Origin: Octopus vulgaris
Lineage: Eukaryota
NCBI GenBank assembly: GCA_951406725.2
Contig: OX597840.1
Span: 26,598,001-26,662,000, forward strand
DNA: 64,000 nt
Reading direction: 5' to 3'
The notes below the pieces were generated by a model. The model did no database searches. It saw nothing but the letters and a program-made list of their open reading frames with translations, and had not been told where the DNA came from. The position numbers and the translations under genes are program-made. This document shows, one piece after another, positions 45,771-58,627 of this stretch; position 1 is the first letter of the stretch, and each line of letters begins with the position of its first letter.

Positions 45771-46633
45771 AATATAGTCTCTCTCATACATACACACACA
45801 CACTCACTCACACGCACACACACATACACACACACAAATATTCTGTGAGCTGGCGATGAGGAGGAAGACAGACAGAGATAGACAAATATAGGAGTGAGAG
45901 AAAGACAGTAACATAGAGAGAGAGTGAGAAGGAGAGACAGAGAGAGGCGAGGAAAACCCATTGGACGTTGTCACCCTCCCCTTCCTTCCATGAACTTCAC
46001 CTTCTCACCTCCACCTTTCTTTCCTTCCTCATTAACCTTCACCCTCTTGCCACACCCGCCCTCCCACCTCTACCACCAGCCAAGAAAACTGTAAACCTCC
46101 TCATCCCGTCATCCCCGCTTGCTTTTGAACAAGAGGAAGAAGGGGAGGACGACGAAGAGAAGCAGGAAGAGGTGAAACAAAAGAAGGGGGACGAAGAGTA
46201 AGGTGAAAGAGGGAGGGGGTGAGGTGATTGTCAGGCTGTCCCATAAAACTGTCAGGGGTTCGCAACATAAAACATCTTGCAACGCTGCTTTGTTTATGGG
46301 ACGCCCACGATGTATGCATATGTATATGTGTGTATGTATATATATATATATATATATATGCATGTGTATGTATGTATATATATGTATGAATGCACATTCA
46401 TATGTGTGTGTGTATGTGTGTGTGTGTTGTTAATGCTTAGTTTGAAGTTTTGATTTCTTTAAACACTTTCAATAAACAACCACAGGTGAAACTTCGAAGT
46501 CACTATCAATGATAATATGTAATAAATAGAAAAACTGTGTACACATGTAATTTAATCCTTTATTCAGTCGGAGTTCTGTCTCGCAATATGCTTTTAAAAT
46601 ACTCATTTTTTAAAACTATGTATATATATATGA

Positions 46634-46672
46634 TGCCTGATGAGTTGGTATTGGCGAAACTTTCTTGTCACA
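46634..46672 (+). ncRNA. Hammerhead core, copy 1, at start of a ~125-bp direct repeat
   Basis: CUGAUGA(46637)-guugguauuggc-GAAA(46656)-cuuucuu-GUC(46667-69). Stems I and II are weak (G-U rich). Confidence 0.55.
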
Positions 46673-46759
46673 GTTGTAATACAATATTCTGACTGTACAT
46701 CAAGTATGGATTCATCTTTGTCAATGCATTTGTTATTTTTAACCTTAAGCTGTCCCCTG

Positions 46760-46827
<68 letters not shown>

Positions 46828-47084
46828 TACTCTTTACTCTTTACTCTTTTACTCTTTTACTTGTTTCAGTCATTTGACTGCGGCCATGCTGGAGCACCGC
46901 CTTTAGTCGAGCAAATCGACCCCGGGACTTATTCTTTTGTAAGCCCAGTACTTATTCTATCGGTCTGTTTTGCCGAACCGCTAAGTGACGGGGACGTAAA
47001 CACACCAGCATCGGTTGTCAAACAATGCTAGGGGGACAAACACAGACACACAAACATATACACACACACTTATATATATATATA

Positions 47085-47615
47085 TATACATATATACGAC
47101 AGGCTTCTTTCAGTTTCCGTCTACCAAATCCACTCACAAGGCATTGGTCGGCCCGGGGCTATAGCAGAAGACACTTGCCCAAGATGTCACGCAGTGGGAC
47201 TGAACCCGGAACCATGTGGTTGGTAAGCAAGCTACTTACCACACAGCCACTCCTGTGCCTATATACATATATACGACAGGCTTCTTTCAGTTTCCGTCTA
47301 CCAAATCCACTCACAAGGCATTGGTCGGCCCGGGGCTATAGCAGAAGACACTTGCCCAAGATGCCACGCAGTGGGACTGAACCCGGAACCATGTGGTTGG
47401 TTAGCAAGCTACTTACCACACAGCCACTCCTGTGCCTATATACATATATACGACAGGCTTCTTTCAGTTTCCGTCTACCAAATCCACTCACAAGGCTTTG
47501 GTCGGCCCGGGGCTATAGCAGAAGACACTTGCCCAAGATGCCACGCAGTGGGACTGAACCCGGAACCATGTGGTTGGTAAACAAGCTACTTACCACACAG
47601 CCACTCCTGCGCCTA
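47085..47615 (-). repeat. Tandem triplication of the SINE-A 5' half, period 177 bp
   Basis: The CGAC of ATATACGACAGGCTTC ends at 47100, 47277 and 47454. Confidence 0.9.
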
Positions 47616-47650
47616 TGTATTTATATATATATATATAAATACATATATGA

Positions 47651-47689
47651 TGCCTGATGAGTTGGTATTGGCGAAACTTTCTTGTCACA
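47651..47689 (+). ncRNA. Hammerhead core, copy 2 (identical to 46634-46672)
   Basis: CUGAUGA(47654)...GAAA(47673)...GUC(47684-86), 1017 bp after copy 1. Confidence 0.55.
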
Positions 47690-48010
47690 GTTGCAATACA
47701 ATATGCTGACTGTTCGTTAGTATGGAATCATCTTTTTTCAATGAATTTTGTTAATTTTAACCTTAGGATGTCCGACAATAATATATTTAGAGTTCTTATT
47801 ATTCTGTCTCTTCAGCTTCTTTGTTCAAAGCTCGCTGAAGTTAAAATTTGCATTTCACCTTTCTGGGGTCGATAAAATAGAGTAACAGTCAAGTATCGTG
47901 GTGTGTGTTCGATATAATCGGTCAAGACTGCTACCAAAATTTGGTGTGTGAGAAACTTTAAGTAACGTGGAGCTCAGTCAGATTGTTCTTAAATAGATAT
48001 GTGATCTTCA

Positions 48011-48060
<50 letters not shown>

Positions 48061-48207
48061 AAATAGAAAGATGAATTTTCTTGTAACAGATTATTCAAAG
48101 GTTTAACCGATACCTGGGTAGCAAAAATCACAGCGGAAAACAGCACGGTTGGAGATAAGACCATTTGGTGTTGCAACCGTGCGTTGGAGCGGATAAATGA
48201 AGTTTAA

Positions 48208-48393
48208 TATTATTAGTGAATGGAATAAATGGAGTTGAACGAAGATTGTACAGAATACCGTTTATTACATTCTACACATGTTTCGAAGGCCACAAACTTG
48301 GAAATATGTGGCCTTCGAAACATGTGTAGAATGTAATAAAAGGTATTCTGTACAATCTTCGTTCAACTCCATTTATTCCATTCACTAATAATA
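48208..48393. repeat. Near-perfect fold-back inverted repeat, ~87-bp arms, 12-nt loop
   Basis: TATTATTAGTGAATGG...TTTCGAAGGCCACA / TGTGGCCTTCGAAA...CCATTCACTAATAATA. Confidence 0.92.
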
Positions 48394-48438
48394 ATATATA
48401 TATATGAATATATATCCACCTCTGTATTCATACATATA

Positions 48439-48510
<72 letters not shown>

Positions 48511-48679
48511 GTATATATATATCGAAACGCGGAGTAGATAAAACAGTGGACATCTGATGAAGGGAATGTTCTTTATGTTGCCGGTCTTGTCTCTCTATTT
48601 GTTTCTTTCGTTGTTCGGAAAAAAGTTCGATTTCCATGTTTCGTTTTTCATTTCCTTCACGTTTTTTTTTTCTTTTGAC

Positions 48680-48731
48680 GTCCTGTACCCATATATGCAT
48701 GTATATATACATGCATATATGGGTACAGGAC
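48680..48731. repeat. Perfect 52-bp palindrome
   Basis: GTCCTGTACCCATATATGCATGTATA|TATACATGCATATATGGGTACAGGAC. Confidence 0.92.
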
Positions 48732-48779
48732 ACCAAAGAAAACGTAGACAAAATGAAAAACGAAAACATAGAAAACGAA

Positions 48780-48842
<63 letters not shown>

Positions 48843-48939
48843 AACATTCTTTTGTACTTCTGCTTACTTCGATTAGAATAACTTCAATGATCTGATAAGC
48901 TTGTCCCGCCTTGGTTTTGTTTCCCCACTTCCTTTAATA

Positions 48940-49321
48940 TCTCTCTCTATCTAAACGGCAGTTTGTCTGTGTGTGTTTCTGTGTGTCTGTTAGGTTGTAC
49001 CCTCACCCTGACCATGGCTTTCAATCGATTCTGATGAAACTTAACACACACATAGCCCAATGTCATAATTCAAAACTAACGCAGCGAAAATTTTGAAAAG
49101 TTCCCCCAGTTCTGAAAAAAATCGATAAATTCGACATGGGGTCGAGAATCAGAAACACAAACCGCAAACTGTCTAGGGGACGCAACTCCACCTTTTTTAA
49201 CTAAAAAAAAATTTACCATAATTTTTTTCCATCTTTTTGCTATTTTTTGGCTATAACTCTCTAAAAATGCTTTATAGGTATTTCCCTTACAAACCCGAGC
49301 AACGCCGGGCGATACTGCCAG
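48940..49321 (+). mobile_element. Non-autonomous Helitron (same 3' end as 10289-10683, different 5' half)
   Basis: 5' TC; 3' TTTCCCTTACAAACCCGAGCAACGCCGGGCGATACTGC shared, terminus CCAG (from CTAG); A|T insertion site. Confidence 0.75.
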
Positions 49322-50091
49322 TATATTATATATATATAACATATATATAATATATGACAAGTCGGTATCCCCCAGCATGGCCGCAGTCTAATGATTGAAA
49401 CAAGTAAAAGATTTAAGATATATGTATCATATATATATATATGATATATGACACACACACACAAGTGCATGGACACACTGACACACACATACACAAACGC
49501 ACGACCATTAGTCTGTTTAGGTTTTTGAAATATAAGGAATATTTGCAAGTGTCTCCTTCTTTATTTCTGGGTCACCACGTAAATATGTGTCCAGGATGGG
49601 CGGGGGTGGGGCTTTGATAGGGGACGAATAAGCAGGGAGCGGGGTGAGGATGACAGAGGGGGCCAGAATAAGAGAAAAGAGGGATGAGGATCGAGGGAGT
49701 AGGAGGACAGACAGACAAACAGACAGATAATGACCTGGGAACATTCGTGGAAGCGGTGATGGTAGTCGTGGTGGTGGTGGCGGTGGTGGTGGTGGTTTAT
49801 GGCTGTGACACTGTGACGACTTTACTTCTTGTAGTGATGGTGGTGGTGGTGGTGGTGGCGGTGGTTTGGGGGGTTTCGGTTGCAGCCGTAGTTGTGGCGA
49901 TGTGGTTTCTGATGTTGGTGACGGAGGTGGCGGCGGCGGCGATAACGAAAGTAGTGGTGGCGGCGGCGGTGGTGGTGGTGGTGGTGATGGAGGTGGTGAC
50001 GGTGATGGCTGTAGTGATGGTAATGGTGGTGGTGGTAGTGGCGGAGATGGTGACAGTTACAACGCAATGAAACTTGCTATAAATGGCTCAG

Positions 50092-50147
<56 letters not shown>

Positions 50148-50148
50148 T

Positions 50149-50194
<46 letters not shown>

Positions 50195-50806
50195 CAGCAG
50201 TAGTAGTAGATGTAATAGTAGTAGTAGTAGTAGCAGCAGTAGTAGTAGATGTAATAGTAGTAGTAGTAGTAGTAGTAGTAGTAGATGTAGTAGTAGTAGT
50301 AACAGCAGTAGCAGTAGTAGTAGTAGTAGTAGTAATAACAGTAGCAGCAAGCAGTAGTAGTAGTTGTAGTAGTAGTAGTAGTAGTGATGGTGGCGGTGGC
50401 GGTGTGGTATTAGTAGTGGTGGTGGCAATAATAGCAGTATTGGCTGTGGTCGTTGTGGTGGATGCGGTGTTGTGGTTTATTACGTCGTCGGTGATGGCGG
50501 CGACGGCGGTGTCCTTTTTAGAGTGCGGTTTGTGGTGGTTTCTTGCCTCTGTAGTGTTGGTTGTGGTTGCAGTGGTAGTCTGGTGCGGTTTGTGGTTCTG
50601 TTTCGCGGTGTAGTGTGTGTGTGTGTGTGGAGCGGTGTGTGTGTGCTGTTGCGGTGCCAGTGCTAGTAGTGGTGGCGGCGGTAGGGGCGGCGACTGGGAT
50701 AAAGGCGACAACAATGGCAACGAGGAACCGGGTCTGGCGAAGGGGAGGGCGAAACTCTCCAAGAATTATCGCGTTCTGTCCACATTCTTCACAACGATGC
50801 CTCTGG

Positions 50807-50853
<47 letters not shown>

Positions 50854-51115
50854 CATACACGCACATACACGCATACACGCACATACACGCACGCTGGCAC
50901 GATCGTACGTATTCTCACACATAAATTCGCATACACGCCGAAACGTACGTAGCTACGCAAATGCATGATCAGAGATACACGTACACGCGTGTAAAGGGCA
51001 GACACCGACACACATGCGTACATTCGTGCTTCCGGTGTTGTTTGCTCATCATTTCTTTTCTCACACATCTCTCTGTGTGTTTGATATCACATGGTCATGT
51101 GCATGTGTGTGTACG

Positions 51116-51220
<105 letters not shown>

Positions 51221-51276
51221 GCATACAAAGAAAGGGAGAGAGAGAGAGAGATACACTGACAGGCAGGCAGTTAGTC

Positions 51277-51323
<47 letters not shown>

Positions 51324-51351
51324 CAGACAGGGAGATAGATAGGTAGATAGA

Positions 51352-51382
<31 letters not shown>

Positions 51383-51395
51383 GGAGATAGATAGG

Positions 51396-51449
<54 letters not shown>

Positions 51450-52505
51450 CATAGATAGACGAGGGTGGTTAGAGTGAAAAGTGAGACTCGCTTGGTGATC
51501 AATATAATAAAATAGACAGATAGGTTGATATGAGGAGACGCTAATTTCCCCAGGGCCTGCTCCAACCACACACACACACACACACTTATGCCGGATGAAC
51601 TTTAAAACAAACTTAACACAAAAACATGACCTTCAATATTTCTGACATCACACATACACACATCCACTCATGCTCTTTTACTCTTTTATTTGTTTCAGTC
51701 ATTTGACTGCGTCCATGCTGGAGCACCGCCTTTTGGTCCAACAAAATCGACCCCAGAACTTATTCTTTGTAAGCCTACTACTCATTCTATCGGTCTCTTT
51801 AGCCGAACCGCTAAGTTACAAGAACGTAAACACACCAGCATCGGTTGTCAAGCGATGATGGATGGGGTGACAAACACATCTATATATATATATATGTATA
51901 TATATGTATATATGTATATATATGTATATATATGTATATATATATATATATATGTGTATATATGTATGTATATATGTATATCTATCCATCTATCTATCTA
52001 TCTATCTATTGATAGATAGAGAGAAGATAGAGAGAGATGCACATATACATACATACATATATACATACATACATATATACATACATACACACACACACAC
52101 ATATATATGCACGTAAGACTTTGTAAGTTGTATGACATTGAACATTACACAATATGGAAATGGAGGATTATCTAGAATTGCTAAAAGTAGCAGCTAAATC
52201 TGCCTCTTATTGTCATCGGGACTACAGTGTTAGCTCATGTGTTGACAGAGTGAAAAATAAGACGGGGTCGTCCTAAGATTAAACTAGTTTGTCTGCTGGG
52301 TCAGCGGCGGTCGGTCGTTGACCTGTGGTCAAACAACGCGGAAGGACATTGCATTCGCACATACACAAGCACACACACATATAGATACCTAGATACGTAG
52401 ATTGGTAGATATGGGTATATATATGTGTGTGTGTGTGTTTGTGAATGTATGTGTATAAATGTATATATATATATATATATATGCATACATATATATATAT
52501 ATGAT

Positions 52506-52575
<70 letters not shown>

Positions 52576-52617
52576 ATTTAGAAACTTATATATATAAACA
52601 TACATATATATTTATAT

Positions 52618-52755
<138 letters not shown>

Positions 52756-53773
52756 GTGTGTGTATATATATATGTATATATATGTATGTATGTTTATAAA
52801 CATACATGTATATATGATTATATATATGTAAACATATATATATGCATATATATGTATATATAAACATACATACATGCATGCATACGTGCGTACAAACGCA
52901 CTCACGTATACACACACACAACTGACGATTGTACTTTATGGCTTCCATGTCACCCTCCCACCCTACACCCTCCTATCCCAACCTCCACCAACGCCATCAT
53001 CCTCATCAATCCATCCATCCCGTCCTCAGACTCTTTTCCGTCCCTTTCCGTCCCTTTCCGTAATGTTGAACTTTTCAGCTGGCGAAGGAGAGAGAGAGAG
53101 AAAGAAAGGTTTGACACAGGGGTGAGGGAAGGTTAAGTGAAATGCGTAATAAATTTGATTACGCGCGCCCCCGCGCGACCTCGCGCCCTCGCACACACAC
53201 ACACACACACACCAACATACACGCCTACACAGACACATACACATGCAAACGCAAAGCGCTCACACGCGCGCACATGTTAGCTTTATAGTATAATAGATTA
53301 TTACAGTCCGTGCGTGTGTGTGTGTTTGTGTCTGTCTAATGTGTTTGTGTCTTTATATGTATGTGTGTTGTGTCGCTTTATGTGTGTGTGTGTGTATCTA
53401 TATGTATGTGTGTATATGTGTGTATATATATGTTCATTGAACTTCGCATTAACATTAGATATGGATGAATGGCTGAAGAGAGAGAGAGACAGACAGACAG
53501 ATAGACAGACAGAGAGGGTGGTGAGCCTAATTGTTTGATGATGGTGGTGGTGGTGGTGGTGGTGGTGGGGGGGGTGTTGGTAATTTTTTTGTTGTTGTTA
53601 AACACGCGCGCACGCATATACGACATTGCATTTCGCGTGCAGACAAAGATATTCACACGCCATGAGCGAACCGGACTTACATATGGGACAAACATTCTCT
53701 CATTTATATGTATGTATGTATGTATGTATGATGTATGTGTGTGTGTATGTATGTATGTATACATTTCTATAAA

Positions 53774-53804
<31 letters not shown>

Positions 53805-55391
53805 GGGTGGTTGTAATATCTGTAATATATCTGACAATATCTCTCTCCATGTATGTGTGTATATATATATATTTATATATATATATGTATGTGTGTGTGT
53901 GTGTGTGTGTGTGCGTGTGTGTGTATTTATGAGAATATAATTTTGGCAGTCTCATCCGAAATGGAAGCTGGTACCGAAGTTCCCATGTATCAGACTTGAT
54001 AATTGTTAAGAGATTCCTTTTTTTACCACATGAAACTATTGGTAGCCTTGTTAACTCGTAAATAATGAATATTTATCCACCTTTGCTTCCGATACTAACG
54101 TGCGTGTGTGTGTGTTTGTGTGTGTGTGAGGGGGTTGTTATTGGTTCGGCCAAAGAAACGAACTAATAGATTGTGTACCAATCTTAGAAAAAGAAAAAGA
54201 AAAAGCTTTTGGAGTCGAGTTGTTCGACTAAAATTCTTCAAGGCGGTGCCCCAACTTGGCCGCATATCAATGCCTGAAATAAAAAAAATATATATAAAAG
54301 ATATGTATTAAAAACAAAGAAAAGAAACAATTAAGCAAAATGCCCCTCCCGATAAAAAACTAAAAGAAGGGCGGCCTTGTTTCATTTTCTTCTTGACAGG
54401 AGACAGTGAAATAAACGCCAGAGGTGCTTTGCTCAATGTAGAAACTTGCAGAGGCCACATTAAGATATTACAAGCTCTTTTGTGGTGACTACATCTATCA
54501 CAATGTCGAAAACCCTTTTTTGTATCTTTAGCAGGTGTCTCAGAATCACAAACGTTTCGACCCTTAGATTTTGGGCTTTATCTGAAGGAGACAACGAGGA
54601 CGGAATTTCCGGTCTCTTGTCAACCGTAACTACCTTGAGCTGGTCCCAGCTTCTCTGGTTATCTCTTTGCTGGGTTTCTTCATCTATCTGGGTTCCAAAC
54701 AGTGGCGTAGCTAGACTGCCCAGGACACCCTTTGATTTTATACCTCATCTCGGACCCCAAGCCATGACATGCATACACAGCAGACCCAAAAGTTCCGGCC
54801 CTATGAAAGCGTGGTCGTCTGGGGCGAATGACACCTTTGACCCCGCCTATCTATAATTAGGTATGCATACATACCTAATTATATAAGCTTATATATATGT
54901 ATATATACACACGTATATATCTATACGCATATACATAATATAGAATTTGATATGTATGTGCGTATGAGCATATATATAATATTCTTTTATTTTACTTGTT
55001 TCAGTCATTTGCGGCTATGCTGGAGCACCGCCTTTAGTCGAGCAAATCGACCCCGGGACTTATTTTTTGCAAGCCTAGTACTTATTCTATCAGCCTCTTT
55101 TGCCGAACCGCTAAGTTACGGGGACGTAATACACCAGTATCGGTTGTCAAGCGATGTTGGGGGGGGGACAAACACAGACACACAAACATATACATACACA
55201 CACACATATACGTACACACACATATATATATATACATATATACGACGGGCTTCTTTCAGTTTCCGTCTACCAAATCCACTCACAAGGCTTTGGTCGGCCC
55301 GGGGCTATAGTAGAAGACACTCGTCCAAGGTGCCACGCAGTGGGACTGAACCCGGAACCATGTGGTTGGTAAGCAAGCTACTTACCACACA

Positions 55392-55440
<49 letters not shown>

Positions 55441-55859
55441 TATGCATGTGTTTATATGCGTATACATACATATACACAAACAGGCACGCGCAAACGTAGA
55501 TTATACCCGGTTCGGATCTGTGAAACGCCGTACCTAGTTCAAACGAGTGTTCCCCCGTACACGTGTTGGACAGAAAAAGATATCTTTATTTGTTAACAAT
55601 ATATATATATGTATATATGTAAGAGTGTACACTCTCTGTGCATACATATGCATATATGTATGCATGTGTGTGTGTGTCTATTGTTTTTGAGCGGAGTGTC
55701 AACGACCAAGTTAGCCGTTTGTCGTCAGCGTTCAGAGAAAGGCTTTTTGTAACCCACACGCATCGCTCATATGCAGCTCGGTTGCACATATGCATACATG
55801 CGCACTCAGCAACTACGAGCAGTGACACTCAGACGCCCCCACACACCCTCTACTGCACA

Positions 55860-55898
<39 letters not shown>

Positions 55899-56075
55899 AC
55901 ACAAACACACACACCCTTTACACATTGACCCTGCCATACCGCCGCTACATCCGAATTATCGCTTCTTCTATAAACCCGACACCCCTCCTCCGTTTCCTAT
56001 GCTCCTCCACTCCGCCTCGTCTTTGCCTAGCTCTCTCTCTCACTCTGTCTGTCTGTCTGTCTGTCTCTCATTCTC

Positions 56076-56153
<78 letters not shown>

Positions 56154-57742
56154 AGCGACATTGTCAATACACAAAGGTTGACAGAAGCCAGTGCAGTGTC
56201 GTCACTCACCGCCGTTTGTCGTAGCGGCAGCGGCGAAGCGGCGATAGTGACGGCGGCTGTGAAGTGATGGTGGAGCTGATGACGGAGATGGTGATGGTGG
56301 TGGTGGTGGTGGTGGTGGCGGTGATGGTTGCGGTGGTAATGCTTGTGGTGGTGGTTGTGGTTAATCTATGTCATAGCAATGGTGGTGGTAGTGGCTGTGG
56401 TTAATCTATGTCTTGGCAATGGTGGTGGTAGTTGTGGTAGTGGAGGTTTGGGTTGTGGTAATGTCTGAAATGGGTGGTTGTGGTGTTAGTGACGGTGGTG
56501 GTGGTGGGGGTTTGTTGGCGGTAATGTTTGTGGTCGTTGTGGTGGCGGCGGCGGTGGCGGTGGTTGTGGTTGTGGTGGTGACGGCGGCAATGGTAATAAC
56601 GTCGCTAGTCGTCCCGTGGTAATTTATCGGTGGTTGTGATGTGGTGATGTTGATGCCGTGACACAGCGAGGTGGCGTCTTTGATAATGTTAATGCCAAAA
56701 TCACCCCGACCTACACCCCCCCACACACACCTGATTTAACTGCAAGACATATAAGAAGACGCTCCAAACATGACAATCGAGCCGAATATATTTTTCAAAC
56801 GCAGGATATCTAGGAATACATTCGACCAGTGTAATCTACCCTTTCGTCAAATTTGCGGTGGTTTTGGCTGTTATTTCTAGCAAACTGATATTCCTAATAG
56901 AGACATCTTCATTTGCTTTTGTTGTTGTTTAATCCTTGGTCACTCACGGTCAAGCAGATGTGTAGTAAAATAGAACCTCTTAGCTTTGACCATAGTTTAT
57001 CTTGGACTACACTATATAATGTGTCCTTCCTGCTTGAGAAAGAAACAAAAGATTTGGTTTCTATTTCTAGCAAGATGCCACTCCACGCAAGATCTTTGCT
57101 GCTGTTGTAAAATCTAAAAAGAAAACAGCCTAGCTGTGACCATAGTTTATCTAGGAGTACATCATACAATGTGTTCTTTCTGTTCAAGGCATAAAAGGTC
57201 GTTATTGAAAGAAGACATAGTTGCTATTACTAGCATATCGTGTGACCTCATTGTCGTAAAGCGGTTTGGCGCGGTGTCGCGGTGGTGGTGGTGGTGGGTG
57301 TCAAGGAGTATAGGGGTGGGAGGCACGGAAGGAGACTTGTAAAGATGTCATCTCCAGCTGCCATTGTGTGCCATCCCTTAATGACGTCGACCCTTCAGCC
57401 TCCTCCACCGACTCTTCCTCACACAACCCCACTCCCCACCTGACCCCAACCCTTTTTTTCTCTCTCCTTAGACAATCGAGGGGCGAGGTGGGAGGAGAAC
57501 TACAGAGGTCACGCTGCTAGTGGCGGCGGCGGTGGTGGTGGTGATGATTGTGGTAGTGGCGGTGGTGGTGTGGTGGTGGTGGTAATGGTGGTTGTGGTAT
57601 TGGCGCTTGTGGTTCACAGTAGTGGTGTGGCTAAGGCGGTGGTGTTGGAGGTAGCGGTGGTGGTGGTGGTGGTGGTGGTTGTACTTGTGGTCCTGAAGGT
57701 GGTATTCCTTGTTGTAGTGGTGGTGGTAGCGATAATAGTTGT

Positions 57743-57774
<32 letters not shown>

Positions 57775-57862
57775 CAGTGGTGCTGGTGGCGGTAGTAGTA
57801 GTAGTAGTAGTGGTAGTAGTAGTAGTAGTAGTAGTAGTAGCAGTAGTAGTAGTAGTAGTAGC

Positions 57863-57905
<43 letters not shown>

Positions 57906-58333
57906 TAGTAGTAATAATGATAATGATTGCTGTAGTTTTGGTGGTGGTGGTGGTGGTGACAAGGTTTATAATGATGTAGTATCGGTTGTGGTAATGGTGG
58001 TGGTAGTGGTGGTGGTGGTGATGGCGAGGGCATTAGTGGTGGCGGTGTGATGGGGGTGGTGCTGGCGGTGGTAGTAATGGTAGTAACGGCTGATGCGAAG
58101 GATGTGGTAACCACCATCACTCCTTCCTTGCGGTAGTGTTGTGGTGGCGGTGCTAGTGGTGGTGGTGCTAGTGGTGGTGGTGGTGGAGGTGGGGCGGGTT
58201 GTTTACCGATCTGTGTGGTTTCCGTGACGAACACAACACTAATGGTTTGAAATTGTTGTTGTTTTGTTTTTATGGTTCATGTTTGTTTCTGTTTTATTTT
58301 TTTTCTTTGCTCACGACATTTCCTATGCCTTCT

Positions 58334-58384
<51 letters not shown>

Positions 58385-58578
58385 TATTCGTGGCTGTGTT
58401 GTCTTAGCATTTATACATTTAGCAGTTTGGAGTGGTGGTGGGGCTTACCAACCACATGGTTCCGGGTTCAGTCCCCGACTGCGTGGCATCTTGGGCAAGT
58501 GTCTTCTGCTATAGCCCCGGGCCGACCAATGCCTTGTGAGTGGATTTGGTAGACGGAAACTGAAAGAAGCCCGTCGTA

Positions 58579-58627
<49 letters not shown>

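Noticed and set aside
47025-47657. 210-aa ORF with three 59-aa repeats
   Set aside because: Antisense reading of a 177-bp SINE triplication; the period is a multiple of 3.
49028-49045. CTGATGAAAC (also CTGACGAAAC at about 41022)
   Set aside because: No stem II between the boxes; chance match, the first inside a Helitron.
54482-54856. 124-aa non-repetitive ORF
   Set aside because: No recognisable domain; runs into a hAT-like end (CAGTGGCGTAGC) and is not the expected RUNX exon.
54852-54883. 14-bp-arm hairpin TATAATTAGGTATG/CATACCTAATTATA
   Set aside because: Short, AT-rich, at a MITE truncation point; likely a repair scar.
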